The notes under the pieces were generated by a model. That model searched no databases and was not told the DNA's origin. It saw only the letters and a program-made list of their open reading frames with translations. Position numbers and translations under genes: made by a program. DNA of 64,000 nucleotides from Spirochaetota bacterium. Lineage in GTDB: Bacteria > Spirochaetota > UBA4802 > UBA5550. The first letter of the stretch is position 1, and each line of letters begins with the position of its first letter. Positions 10,893-20,884 of this stretch are shown here, piece by piece. Where the stretch lies: the NCBI GenBank assembly GCA_963664815.2, contig CAXXHB010000003.1, positions 544,001 to 608,000 of the forward strand, read 5' to 3'.

Positions 10893-11435
10893 ATGTCGGC
10901 AGAGAAAAAAATTCTTGATAAGAAGGAAATTGACAGAATAATAAGCGGGTTGTCAAAAGACATTTTCCGTGACATTGAAAATATTGATAACTTTGCAATT
11001 ATCGGGATTCATACACGCGGCGTGGAGCTGGCTGACAGAATCAGAAAGGAAATTGAGAAACTCTCGGGCAGAGAGATAAAGCACGGGACCCTGGATATTT
11101 CATTTTACCGTGATGATCTCGCAACCAGGGGGAAACTTCCAGTTCTCAAAGAAACTCTCATAGAATTCAATATTAACAAAAAAAATATTCTGCTTGTTGA
11201 CGATGTTCTTTTTTCGGGAAGAACTACAAAGGCGGCGCTTGAGACACTTACTACATTCGGAAGACCTTTTACAATAAAGCTTTTTGTGCTTGTAGACCGC
11301 GGCGGACGCGAATTGCCGATTCAACCCGATTACTGCGGATTTAAGATTACCACAACAGCCGATGACCTCGTTAAGGTAAGACTTTCGGAATTTGATAAAG
11401 TTGAAGATTCTGTTTACCTTGTAAGCGGAAAATAA
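10893..11435 (+). CDS. pyrR: Bifunctional pyr operon regulator / uracil phosphoribosyltransferase
   Basis: GIHTRG, LDISFYRDD, LVDDVLFSGRT and DRGGRELPIQPDY motifs. Confidence 0.95.
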   Translation: MSAEKKILDKKEIDRIISGLSKDIFRDIENIDNFAIIGIHTRGVELADRIRKEIEKLSGREIKHGTLDISFYRDDLATRGKLPVLKETLIEFNINKKNILLVDDVLFSGRTTKAALETLTTFGRPFTIKLFVLVDRGGRELPIQPDYCGFKITTTADDLVKVRLSEFDKVEDSVYLVSGK

Positions 11436-11457
11436 ATTAAGACATTTTCCTGTAAAC

Positions 11458-11480
11458 CTCCCTCAATCCTGATGAGGGAG
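11458..11480 (+). terminator. Hairpin after pyrR (possible terminator)
   Basis: CTCCCTCA-atcctga-TGAGGGAG, 8-bp stem; no clear U tract. Confidence 0.35.
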
Positions 11481-11525
11481 TATCCGGCACTATATAAAAT
11501 AAAAAGAGAACAGATGGTATAAGAA

Positions 11526-12443
11526 ATGAAAGAGCTTGTGATAATAGGGGGCGGCCCTGCAGGCCTTACGGCAGGAATTTACGGTATGAGGGCAGGGCTT
11601 GATCTTGTTATTTTGGAAAAATTCTCTCCCGGCGGGCAGGTGGTTAATTCATATGAGATTGAAAACTATCCCGGCTTTAGTGATCCGGTAGAGGGATGGA
11701 AGCTTATGGCGGACATGGAAGATCAAACCCGAAGGCTTGGAGCAGAGATTGTTTCTGCCGAGGTTATGTCAGTAACAAAGAACGCCGGGATATTCACTGT
11801 TAAACTCTCCGACGGGGAGATTCAGGCAAAAAGCGTAATAATAGCAGCGGGGGCGATAAACAGAAAACTTAATATTCCCGGTGAAAGAGAGTATCTGGGG
11901 CGTGGAGTCTCATATTGTGCAACATGCGATGGTGCATTCTACAAAGACAGGATAACAGTTGTTGCCGGAGGGGGTGATGTGGCGCTTGAAGAGGCTTTTT
12001 TTCTTACCAGGTTCGCGAGCAGGGTTTATCTTGTCCACCGGAGAGAACACTTTCGTGGCGCAGATATACTTCAAAAGAGGGTATTAAGCAGTGAAAAGAT
12101 TTTTCCCGTGCTCAACACCAGCATTGAATCAATAAACGGTGAAACCGGCGTGAATTCGGTAACGATTAAAAATATATTTACCGGTGAGATTAATAATCTG
12201 AAAACCGACGGAGTATTTATTTTTATCGGGTATGATCCGAACACTTCTTTTCTTGACAGCGGACTGCTTAATGATAACAGGGAGATTATTGTTGATATGA
12301 ATATGCATACAGGTGTGGAGGGTCTTTTTGCTGCTGGTGATATCAGAAGCGGGTCGAAAAAACAGATCGTAATGGCCGCTGCTGATGGTGCAACAGCAGC
12401 GCTAAGCGCCTTTGAATATCTGACAGGCACATATTGTTCATAA
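11526..12443 (+). CDS. trxB: Thioredoxin-disulfide reductase
   Basis: GGGPAG, GRGVSYCATCDG, HRR and GLFAAGD motifs. Confidence 0.96.
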   Translation: MKELVIIGGGPAGLTAGIYGMRAGLDLVILEKFSPGGQVVNSYEIENYPGFSDPVEGWKLMADMEDQTRRLGAEIVSAEVMSVTKNAGIFTVKLSDGEIQAKSVIIAAGAINRKLNIPGEREYLGRGVSYCATCDGAFYKDRITVVAGGGDVALEEAFFLTRFASRVYLVHRREHFRGADILQKRVLSSEKIFPVLNTSIESINGETGVNSVTIKNIFTGEINNLKTDGVFIFIGYDPNTSFLDSGLLNDNREIIVDMNMHTGVEGLFAAGDIRSGSKKQIVMAAADGATAALSAFEYLTGTYCS

Positions 12444-12459
12444 CGAATGGAGGATTTCA

Positions 12460-12894
12460 GTGAGAAAAATAACAGGTATTCTGCTTATTGTTTCTGTTAT
12501 TGCAGCTGTAGCATGCAGCAGCAAAAAAAAATATGGAGAGATAAGAGAATTTATTAATGAAGTTGTTGCAACACAGGATGAATTTCTGTCAAAGATTGAT
12601 AAATCTGAAAATGCCGGTGATCTGGTCTCAGCAGTTGATGGTTTTGGTGATAAACTGGTGATATTGTCGCAAAAAAGCTTGGAAATTAAAAAACGCTATC
12701 CTGATGCTGATAAGTGGGTTAATGATCCCCCCGTGGAACTTAAGCCTGGCATTGATAAACTAAATGATATTGAAGGTGAATTCAGGAAGGTGTTCCTTAA
12801 AGAAAAGGTAAAAATTCTGATAAGAGACAAAAATGTTCAGACAGCATTTATTAACCTCAATAAGAAAATGGAAAATGTGAAATTCTTTCAGTAG
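12460..12894 (+). CDS. Hypothetical helical lipoprotein
   Basis: GTG start with RBS GGAGG; lipobox AAVA-C. Confidence 0.7.
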   Translation: MRKITGILLIVSVIAAVACSSKKKYGEIREFINEVVATQDEFLSKIDKSENAGDLVSAVDGFGDKLVILSQKSLEIKKRYPDADKWVNDPPVELKPGIDKLNDIEGEFRKVFLKEKVKILIRDKNVQTAFINLNKKMENVKFFQ

Positions 12895-12967
12895 TAAATA
12901 TATACCAGGTTCATTTTGATAAGCTTAATACATGAAGTGTACCGTTGCGGGGTTTATACAAGGTCAA

Positions 12968-13117
12968 TTAATAAAAAAACTCCGTAGCTTTACCACTCAA
13001 TTCAATACCAACCAGGGCTTTTATGGTAAAAGCAGCAATAAATGCAGCAGAACTGAGGCTCTGTGACAGGAACAATATCATTGTAATTTTTTTTGCTATT
13101 GTCTCATATTTTCTCAT
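12968..13117 (-). pseudogene. Truncated N-terminal fragment of an MFS transporter, divergent from LysR
   Basis: Read by hand (absent from the ORF track): RBS GAGGA, then MRKYETIAKKITMILFLSQSLSSAAFIAAFTIKALVGIELSGKATEFFY* (49 aa), resembling the first TM helix of MFS exporters. Confidence 0.5.
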
Positions 13118-13238
13118 TTCTTTCCTCTTTTTGTTTTTTAATTTACAAAATGATCAATCGAAATTATCCTGCCAATAGACTGATATGATCTATTATATCT
13201 ATAATTCCGATATAGTGATATATTATGGAGACATTATA

Positions 13239-14132
13239 ATGGATTTTAAACAGCTTCATACCTTCAGGACAATTGCGACGCTAGGAAGTTTTAACCAGGC
13301 AGCTGATATGCTTGATTATGCACAATCAACGGTATCAGAGCAAATTAAGATACTCGAGACAGATTTAGGGGTCAGATTGTTTAACAGAGATGGGAAATAC
13401 ATCTCACTTACTTCGGCCGGAGAACTGTTATATCAATATGCTCAAAAAATGATAAACCTTGAAGAGGAAATTCGTTCAGAGATAAAAGGGTGCGAAGAAG
13501 TTTACGGTTCATTATCAATGAGAATACCTGAAACAATCAGTACATATTTTTTACCATCAATATTAAAAAAATTTCAATATCGCTTTCCCAGAGTTGAACT
13601 CAATGTCAATTCGTGTTCATACTACGGGTTGCAGGAAGAACTGCGATCCGGAATAATCAATCTTGCATTTTTAATAACCAGAGATTTCAGAGAACTTGAC
13701 CTGGAAACATTCAGGTTACTGGAAGTGCCACTTATTATGGTTACTTATCCGGCTAATCCAATAGCAATAAAATCAAACGTTACAATTTCAAATTTAAAAG
13801 ATGAACCTATATATGTAACATCAAGCGATTGTAATTACTTCAGAATACTTGAAGGATTTTTTATCGAAGAAAAAATAAAATTAACCAGGTTGTTACGGTT
13901 TAACAGTATAGAAGCAATTAAACAAAATATGATAAACGGGATAGGTGTTGCAGTTTTACCCAGAATAGCTGTACAGGATGAATTATCAAAAGGGTTGCTT
14001 GTTGAATTACCTTTTGAAAAAGGCCCCCTTAAAGCCGATATGATAATGATCTGGCTGAAAAATAAATGGCATCCGCCTATTTTAAAGGCATTTATGGATA
14101 TCTTTATAGAAACTTTATCATGTCATTGCTGA
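13239..14132 (+). CDS. LysR-family transcriptional regulator
   Basis: HTH MDFKQLHTF...SFNQAADMLDYAQSTVSEQIKILE..LGVRLFNR; likely start ATG 13239 after GGAG (ORF track starts at 13185). Confidence 0.93.
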   Translation: MDFKQLHTFRTIATLGSFNQAADMLDYAQSTVSEQIKILETDLGVRLFNRDGKYISLTSAGELLYQYAQKMINLEEEIRSEIKGCEEVYGSLSMRIPETISTYFLPSILKKFQYRFPRVELNVNSCSYYGLQEELRSGIINLAFLITRDFRELDLETFRLLEVPLIMVTYPANPIAIKSNVTISNLKDEPIYVTSSDCNYFRILEGFFIEEKIKLTRLLRFNSIEAIKQNMINGIGVAVLPRIAVQDELSKGLLVELPFEKGPLKADMIMIWLKNKWHPPILKAFMDIFIETLSCHC

Positions 14133-14350
14133 TTCCATATAATAGTAATTATATGATCGAACGTCTTTATAAATTTTTCCTGATGAATATCTCAACATTG
14201 CAGGAAGAACTAAATCAATGAATCACTTGAGGGAATACGGAATGATTCGGATAAGTATAAAAAAACAGAATTTAATTTAACAGAGCATTGAAGTTGACTT
14301 TTTATTATCCATGATCCGGCACTTATGATATGAAAGATTAAACTTTGATC

Positions 14351-15154
14351 TTAAAAACATTTTCTGTAGAATTTTTCCAGTCCTGATGTAACGAGTGATC
14401 CTATTTTATTCAACCTCTGTGAATCAATAACCATCTTTTCAAGGTTGAAATATGTTTCATTTAAATACAGAGATCGTGAAACCGATAGACTTAAAACCGG
14501 GATCCCCGACAGGCTGTAGTTCTTCATGATAAAACCCCTGCTCTCATGATCAGCAATTCTGAAAGTATCAGAAACAGTTTCACCCTCTTTTGACAGATTT
14601 TTACCCACTGATGCGGCGAGCTCAATGGCCATGTCGGTACTGGCTGTTTCTTTAACGCCTGAATCGGTATCGACCGTATAACCTGTAATAACAAGCGGCC
14701 TTGGCATACCTCTGTCCGGAGAGTTATATGGTCCTACCGGCATATGAGTATGACATTTAATAATTGCCCGGAATTTAATATCCCTGATGGAATTTCTTAT
14801 TAATTCATGAAACGGGAAATAGTATCTGCCCAGTATGTTTGAAATAGCTATTTCATCGGGATAGCAATCAGTTTTAAAAACAAGGCGATTCATGGTAGTT
14901 CTGGATTTAATCACGCCGTCGTTTGTAACTGGAGCCACCATTTTGTATTCTCTGTCCATATCAACAAAGATTTTTGAAACAGAGGTTGAAATCTTTTTCA
15001 TTACAATTTTGTCTGAAGGGAAAATTGCATCTGCACCGGCATCGGAATCAAAGAAGATATTAATCGGGCTCACATTTTCATATCCGCTTAACTCCTCCGG
15101 AATTGCAAGACCGCTGTGAGGAACTATGATCAGGAACGGAAGCTTTTCAGTCAT
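14351..15154 (-). CDS. N-formylglutamate amidohydrolase family protein
   Basis: PHSG..IPEEL, YYFPFH and CHT motifs, somewhat divergent. Confidence 0.75.
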   Translation of the reverse strand: MTEKLPFLIIVPHSGLAIPEELSGYENVSPINIFFDSDAGADAIFPSDKIVMKKISTSVSKIFVDMDREYKMVAPVTNDGVIKSRTTMNRLVFKTDCYPDEIAISNILGRYYFPFHELIRNSIRDIKFRAIIKCHTHMPVGPYNSPDRGMPRPLVITGYTVDTDSGVKETASTDMAIELAASVGKNLSKEGETVSDTFRIADHESRGFIMKNYSLSGIPVLSLSVSRSLYLNETYFNLEKMVIDSQRLNKIGSLVTSGLEKFYRKCF

Positions 15155-15166
15155 AAAAACTCTTAT

Positions 15167-16984
15167 CTATTCAGGAATTACTGAAGGCGATGGAGAGTGT
15201 ATCAGGTATCCCTGGGAATAGTCAATCCCATATTCATTTGCAGCTTTTAAAATTGCTTCGTTCTCTACAAATTCGGCTATTGTTTTTATATTAAGCTCTT
15301 TACAGAGAGCTGTTATATTTTTTACTATGACCCTTGTTATTGGATCTGAATCAATTTTTCTTATCAGTGAACCGTCAAATTTTAAGTAGTCAATATTAAG
15401 TTTTGTCAGGTGGGAAAAATTGGAGTAGCCGGTTCCGAAATCATCTATGGCGAAGCTGTAGCCTGATTTTTTGCATTTTTTAATAAATGCCGCAACAAAA
15501 TCATAATTATCAAACTGCTCCGATTCAACAAGTTCCAGGGTTATCCTGTCAGCACACCAGGGATGTTTACTTATCATATCCTCGAGATAGGGAGCGAAAT
15601 CAGGGTTATAAATATCATCTGCTGAGATATTAATTGAATAAGAATAGCTGTTATTTCTCATGTAGGTAAAAACATTTTCTATTATAATTTTTGTAAGCTC
15701 GTGATACAGATTTGTCTTACGCGCAACTTCAAGATATTTTCCCGGATATTCCGGTTTCCCTTCATTATTTATTATTCTTAACAGGGATTCGTACTTTTCA
15801 ATTTTTCCGGTTTGGTTATCCATTATGGCGTGGAAGTATGGAACTATTCTTCCTGTATTAAGCGCATTGTTAAGATCTGAAAGAGTGTTCATATTATCAA
15901 TGTATCTTACGCGGTCATTGTCTTCGTCATTGTATATATGAAACTGAAGTTTTTTGCTTATTGCATGATGCAGTGCAATGTCCGCCTGCGAGATAAGGCT
16001 ATCGCTTCCGGTGGAATATGGGGCAATGCCGATAAATGGTGTAAGTGGTATGTGAGTTTCATTGTGTATATACTTTTCATCACTTATATGATTAATCAGT
16101 TCGACGGCAATAGACTTCAGTTTATTAATTGCCGAATCATCTGAAGTTTTTAAGTCGGTAACAAAAGCGAATTCCCCGCCGGAAAGATTATATGCCTTTA
16201 CTTTTAACGATGCGTTGAATAAATTAATTCTTTTTCCTATAAATTTAAGAAAATCATCCCCCAGAGAATAACCAAAGAAAGTATTGATGTCATGAAAATT
16301 TTCTATTTTAAGAATTATAAGTGAAGGGTAGATTTTATGACCGATATCCTCAATCAGCATTTTTCTGTTCGGGAGGCCGCTGGTGTTATCGTAATAAAGC
16401 TGGCGAAGCAGAAGCTTTTCAACACTTGAATGACGGAGTTCAGCATAATATGAAAAAATCGCTGTAAATATATAGAGTACAAATCCGATTGTGAGGTTGG
16501 AAGACTCATAACCTGTATTAATAAGACCGTATTTTGTCATAATAATTGCTGTAAGAAATGACAATCCTAACATAGCACACCATATGGTTCCGGTTTTAAT
16601 ACCTGAAAGATTATATGTAATAATAGGAAAAATAAGAAGGACAACATACTCGTTGAGAGTATTGTTTACCATTGTCATGGTCAGCCATAATGAAATCATG
16701 AATATTATAAATATAAAAAACCTGAACAGTCCCTGTCTGGGGATCACTTTATAGAGATAGAAAAGTATAATATAAAATATCAGGTAGATAACATGGAAAA
16801 AACTGAAGAGATATAATCCATATATTGCCCTGATTGTAAAGATAATCAGAGTAAGAATTAATCCGAGAAGGAGTGTTACGGGGATAAATCCGTCCCGGAC
16901 AAGAATATCATATATTAAAATATCATGTCTCGGGTCTATTACATAATTTCCGAGGATCCGTTCTTTCAGGGTGCCGATAATCAT
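15167..16984 (-). CDS. Membrane-anchored GGDEF(degenerate)-EAL protein, probable c-di-GMP phosphodiesterase
   Basis: Several N-terminal TM helices; SGLPNR; GGDEF degenerated to SGGEF; ESLLR, DDFGTGYS, AEFVE and QGY retained. Confidence 0.88.
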   Translation of the reverse strand: MIIGTLKERILGNYVIDPRHDILIYDILVRDGFIPVTLLLGLILTLIIFTIRAIYGLYLFSFFHVIYLIFYIILFYLYKVIPRQGLFRFFIFIIFMISLWLTMTMVNNTLNEYVVLLIFPIITYNLSGIKTGTIWCAMLGLSFLTAIIMTKYGLINTGYESSNLTIGFVLYIFTAIFSYYAELRHSSVEKLLLRQLYYDNTSGLPNRKMLIEDIGHKIYPSLIILKIENFHDINTFFGYSLGDDFLKFIGKRINLFNASLKVKAYNLSGGEFAFVTDLKTSDDSAINKLKSIAVELINHISDEKYIHNETHIPLTPFIGIAPYSTGSDSLISQADIALHHAISKKLQFHIYNDEDNDRVRYIDNMNTLSDLNNALNTGRIVPYFHAIMDNQTGKIEKYESLLRIINNEGKPEYPGKYLEVARKTNLYHELTKIIIENVFTYMRNNSYSYSINISADDIYNPDFAPYLEDMISKHPWCADRITLELVESEQFDNYDFVAAFIKKCKKSGYSFAIDDFGTGYSNFSHLTKLNIDYLKFDGSLIRKIDSDPITRVIVKNITALCKELNIKTIAEFVENEAILKAANEYGIDYSQGYLIHSPSPSVIPE

Positions 16985-17129
16985 TTTATTCCTGCGTTTA
17001 TATTATTAAATTAATACAAGACGTTGAGAAAGACTCTGAATTTATTTTTTTTGCTGATTTTTTACTGCTCATGATTGAGAATTCATACTTCCTGTGGAAT
17101 GATCTGTTTCTTTTTTTAAAAGACTGTCT

Positions 17130-17531
17130 CTAAAGGTAGATCTTCTGAGTATCAAAATGGTCTGCTGCAGCACTTGAAGATGAGTTTATATTTATTCCTC
17201 TTTTAATGCCAAGTATTGAATATCTCTCCGCTTTAAGGTTATCTCTTATAAATTTCAGCGATTCAGTAAAGTCAAAATTGCCGCAACTGAAAAGATCAAC
17301 GGCGGCGAATCCGAATTCAGGCCATGTATGTATTGCCAGGTGTGATTCGGCAATAACAATTATACCGCTTATTCCATAAGGTGAAAATTTGTGGAAAAAG
17401 GGTTTAATTATCGTGGCATTGGAAATTTCAATGCCCTTTGTCATTATTTCAGCAATTTCCTCTTTATTATTAAGTATTTCGCTGCTGCAGTTGTAGAATT
17501 CAGCAAGGAAATGCCTGCCAAGATAGTCCAT
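17130..17531 (-). CDS. speD: S-adenosylmethionine decarboxylase proenzyme
   Basis: LGRH, FSPYGISG, AESHLAIHTWPE (ES self-cleavage site), DLFSCG. Confidence 0.93.
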   Translation of the reverse strand: MDYLGRHFLAEFYNCSSEILNNKEEIAEIMTKGIEISNATIIKPFFHKFSPYGISGIIVIAESHLAIHTWPEFGFAAVDLFSCGNFDFTESLKFIRDNLKAERYSILGIKRGININSSSSAAADHFDTQKIYL

Positions 17532-17772
17532 CGATATTCCTTCAGTTGTTTATAACCTTTATGTTGTAAATTTATGCCAATATAAAGGTTTCCAAATGTT
17601 TTCCGGGAAGACTCTAAAGTCAATAAATTTTTTTACTTTTTACTCGCATAATAATGCAGAATATTTATGGAAAATTACTTTATCTTTTACCGTGACTGCA
17701 CGAGTGTAGTCATCTGTATAGATTCACCATCGTCGTTGGACGGTGATGCAATTAATTTAACAGAGGAATACC

Positions 17773-18324
17773 ATGCCTGTAAAGCTTTCTAATGATGAGA
17801 TAAAAGGGAAGAGACCTGGAATAGCTGAGCTTCTGGAATATGAAAGGTTTCCGGTAACGGTAATAGCGGAAAATGTAAGAAGTCTTTATAATGTCGGATC
17901 AATGTTCCGTACATCCGATGGTGCACTTGTTGAAAAACTCTGGCTATGCGGATATACAGGTTATCCCCCCAGGAAAGAGATAGATAAAACAGCCCTTGGC
18001 AGTGTTGCGACTGTACCGTGGGAACATAGTGAAGACACGCTCACTGTGATAAAAAATCTTAAATCTGAAGGTTGCTCAATTGTGGCTCTGGAGCATACGG
18101 ATTTAAGTGTGGATTATCTTGAAGCTGAATATAAATTTCCTGTGTGCCTTATGGTGGGCAATGAAGTAGACGGACTCAGCGAGGAAGCTGTCGCTCTGGC
18201 TGATGCGGCTGTGGAGATACCGATGTATGGGATCAAACAGTCCCTGAATGTTTCCGTGGCATATGGGATTCTTGTTTACCATTTAATTGATGAGTTCAGA
18301 AGAAAAAAATCAGAAAAACAGTAA
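17773..18324 (+). CDS. TrmH/SpoU-family RNA methyltransferase
   Basis: NVRSLYNVGSMFRT, VGNEVDG and IPMYGIKQSLNVSVA SPOUT motifs. Confidence 0.92.
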   Translation: MPVKLSNDEIKGKRPGIAELLEYERFPVTVIAENVRSLYNVGSMFRTSDGALVEKLWLCGYTGYPPRKEIDKTALGSVATVPWEHSEDTLTVIKNLKSEGCSIVALEHTDLSVDYLEAEYKFPVCLMVGNEVDGLSEEAVALADAAVEIPMYGIKQSLNVSVAYGILVYHLIDEFRRKKSEKQ

Positions 18325-18515
18325 GAATTGTGTGGCTTCCGGGGAATTCAATGCAATTTTCTGCTGTTCTGAAAGCATCTCAATCCTACGGTCAGTAATA
18401 CATCTGCAGAATTAGTCTGGCTGCTCTGAGTTTTTAACCTGTGAAAAATGCTAATAAATATGACATAATTTGCCGAAAATTAGTGAACGGAGTTAATCCG
18501 TCTGGAGTATCCCCC

Positions 18516-19700
18516 GTGAAAAAAATATATTATGCTATATCAATTATCCTGTTCTTTTCATTTAATGCGTATGCCTATCAATTGTCATGGAATATGTCAA
18601 AAGATGAGCGGATAGAAATGGTAAAAACTGCCGGTATAAAATATTATATTAATGCAAAACTGAGCAGAATATATGAAGAGCGGAATATTATTGATATTAC
18701 ATGCAGTGATAAGTCTGATAAGCTGAACAGGGTTCATGGAGTTTTTTCGGTCCATGAAAAGGATTATGATGAGAAGGTGTTCAGGCTTGTGAACCGGTAT
18801 ATGGTGGATTTTCTTATTGAGCCGTCAGGAAAGTTTATTGTAAAGAAAGAGGATTATATGCCGAACCTGCGCAATATCCCCTCTTTCCCTGAAAAAGAGG
18901 TTAATGTTAAGGACAGGTGGAGCGCTGATGGTGAAATGATACTTGATAATTTTTCAAAGCCATTTAAGCTGACATTCCCCGTTGAGTATATTCTTGTAAA
19001 AATAATAAAAGATAATGAGAAGGATATAGCTGTAATAAACTATTATTATTCGGTAAATATTGATATGTCAGGGCCAGGTTATCCTGATGATTTCCCTGTA
19101 AGAATTGCAGGAGAAAATAAAGGGGTGCTGTACTGGGACCTTGAAAGTAACAAACCGAGAGATATCCAGGATGCTTATCAGATAGCATTTATATTCGCCA
19201 CCGGAGGAAAGACTCTCGCGTCAACAGAATTTCATATGAATATAAAAACCGAGAACCGTATGTATAAAAACTTTACATCGAAGCAGAAAGAGACAGCGAA
19301 GGAGGAGCTTCAGAAAGAGCTTCCCGAGGGTGTTGATGCAGACGTCGATAAACGGGGTCTGGTGGTAAGGATGAACGATCTTCTGTTTGATTTAAATTCG
19401 CATACTTTAAGAAATGACACAAGGGATAAACTTGATAAAATCGCTGATATTATTAAAAAGAAATATCCGGACAGAGAAATTTCCGTAGAAGGCTATACTG
19501 ACAACAGCGGAGAAAATCCTTATAACCAGGCTCTTTCAGAAAAACGGGCAAAGAAGGTTTCGGAATATCTTAAATCAAAAAGTGGTCATGACAAGTTTTC
19601 ATATAAGGGTTTTGGCCCTGAGAATCCCATAGGAGATAATTCAACGGAGGAGGGGAGAAGTAAAAACCGGAGAGTAGAAATTATAATAAAGCTGAACTGA
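18516..19700 (+). CDS. Exported protein with C-terminal OmpA-like peptidoglycan-binding domain
   Basis: LLFD, VEGYTDN, YNQALSEKRA and NRRVEI motifs; in-frame GTG at 18516 with GGAG upstream gives a signal peptide (ORF track starts at 18441). Confidence 0.88.
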   Translation: MKKIYYAISIILFFSFNAYAYQLSWNMSKDERIEMVKTAGIKYYINAKLSRIYEERNIIDITCSDKSDKLNRVHGVFSVHEKDYDEKVFRLVNRYMVDFLIEPSGKFIVKKEDYMPNLRNIPSFPEKEVNVKDRWSADGEMILDNFSKPFKLTFPVEYILVKIIKDNEKDIAVINYYYSVNIDMSGPGYPDDFPVRIAGENKGVLYWDLESNKPRDIQDAYQIAFIFATGGKTLASTEFHMNIKTENRMYKNFTSKQKETAKEELQKELPEGVDADVDKRGLVVRMNDLLFDLNSHTLRNDTRDKLDKIADIIKKKYPDREISVEGYTDNSGENPYNQALSEKRAKKVSEYLKSKSGHDKFSYKGFGPENPIGDNSTEEGRSKNRRVEIIIKLN

Positions 19701-19984
19701 TTTTAAAATATTTCTTTTAAATATGCAAGACATTTTATTTTTCCATTAGAAACATATTCATGAATTGTTTGTGAAATGAATCTGTTATATTAGTACATCA
19801 ACATGGATAAAATAGAGCAAAATGGCATTCTCACTGTTAAACGACGGGTTTTTTGTTTATACCTGATATTTTTTTTAATGGACTTTCAGATATAAAAAAT
19901 AAAAAATTCATATTATATATCATAATACAACACTGCTTGTTTTTATATTAATACATTATTGACCGGATCAGATCAGGGTTCTTT

Positions 19985-20848
19985 ATGGCAGAAAGAATAT
20001 TTACAGCATTATTATTTATAATTTTTGCTGTACCACTTGCAGGGCAAAGCGCTGATGATATTGAAGGAACACTTGAAGAAAATTTAAATCCACCTGCATT
20101 GCAGGAACTGATAGATTATAACCTGTCAAACAATACAACAAACGGTTTTTCTCCTCACAAACAAAATTACATTCTCCCTTTTACATATTCGGGGCTCTCT
20201 GAAAATGACGGACGCAAAAAATATGAGATAAAATTTCAGGTAAGCGTTAAACAGAGACTGCTTAAATTTTACGGCTGGGCATTCTATTTCGCATACACAC
20301 AGAAATCATTCTGGCAGGCTTACGATTTTAATGATTCACGCCCGTTCCGGGAAAATAATTTTAATCCCGAATTTTTTTTCCGCACCAGGATGTGGGGCGG
20401 ATTTCGTGTTGATACAGGGGCAGAACACGAATCCAACGGACAGGAACTCCCGGATTCAAGAAGCTGGAACAGGGTTTATATGACCCCTTACTTTGAGAAT
20501 GATTATATAATTGCCAGTGTAAAGGGATGGTATAGATTGAAAGAGAAAAGCAAAAAAAACGAAACTGATGTTGACGGAGATGATAACCCTGAGATTCTTA
20601 AATATTACGGCTATGGAGAATTGGGGGTTACAGTCAAATTTCCTGAACTGTACCGGATATACCTTTCATCCTATGTCCGCTTCAACCCCGCGTCCCGGCG
20701 TGGGGTGGCAGAGGTAAATATAACTGTGCCTTTGTCTTTGAACAGCATGAGTCTGATGGTGCAATACTGGGACGGATATGGTGAAAGCCTTATTGATTAT
20801 GATGTCAGACAGCGAAAATTCGGCCTGGGGTTAAATTTTACCAGATGA
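19985..20848 (+). CDS. pldA: Outer-membrane phospholipase A (OMPLA)
   Basis: KFQVSVK, YTQKSFWQ, PFRENNFNPE, catalytic HESNG, SRSWNR, GYGESLIDY. Confidence 0.92.
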   Translation: MAERIFTALLFIIFAVPLAGQSADDIEGTLEENLNPPALQELIDYNLSNNTTNGFSPHKQNYILPFTYSGLSENDGRKKYEIKFQVSVKQRLLKFYGWAFYFAYTQKSFWQAYDFNDSRPFRENNFNPEFFFRTRMWGGFRVDTGAEHESNGQELPDSRSWNRVYMTPYFENDYIIASVKGWYRLKEKSKKNETDVDGDDNPEILKYYGYGELGVTVKFPELYRIYLSSYVRFNPASRRGVAEVNITVPLSLNSMSLMVQYWDGYGESLIDYDVRQRKFGLGLNFTR

Positions 20849-20884
20849 TATGCTCCGGAGAAAATCAAATACTGAAATGATTTT

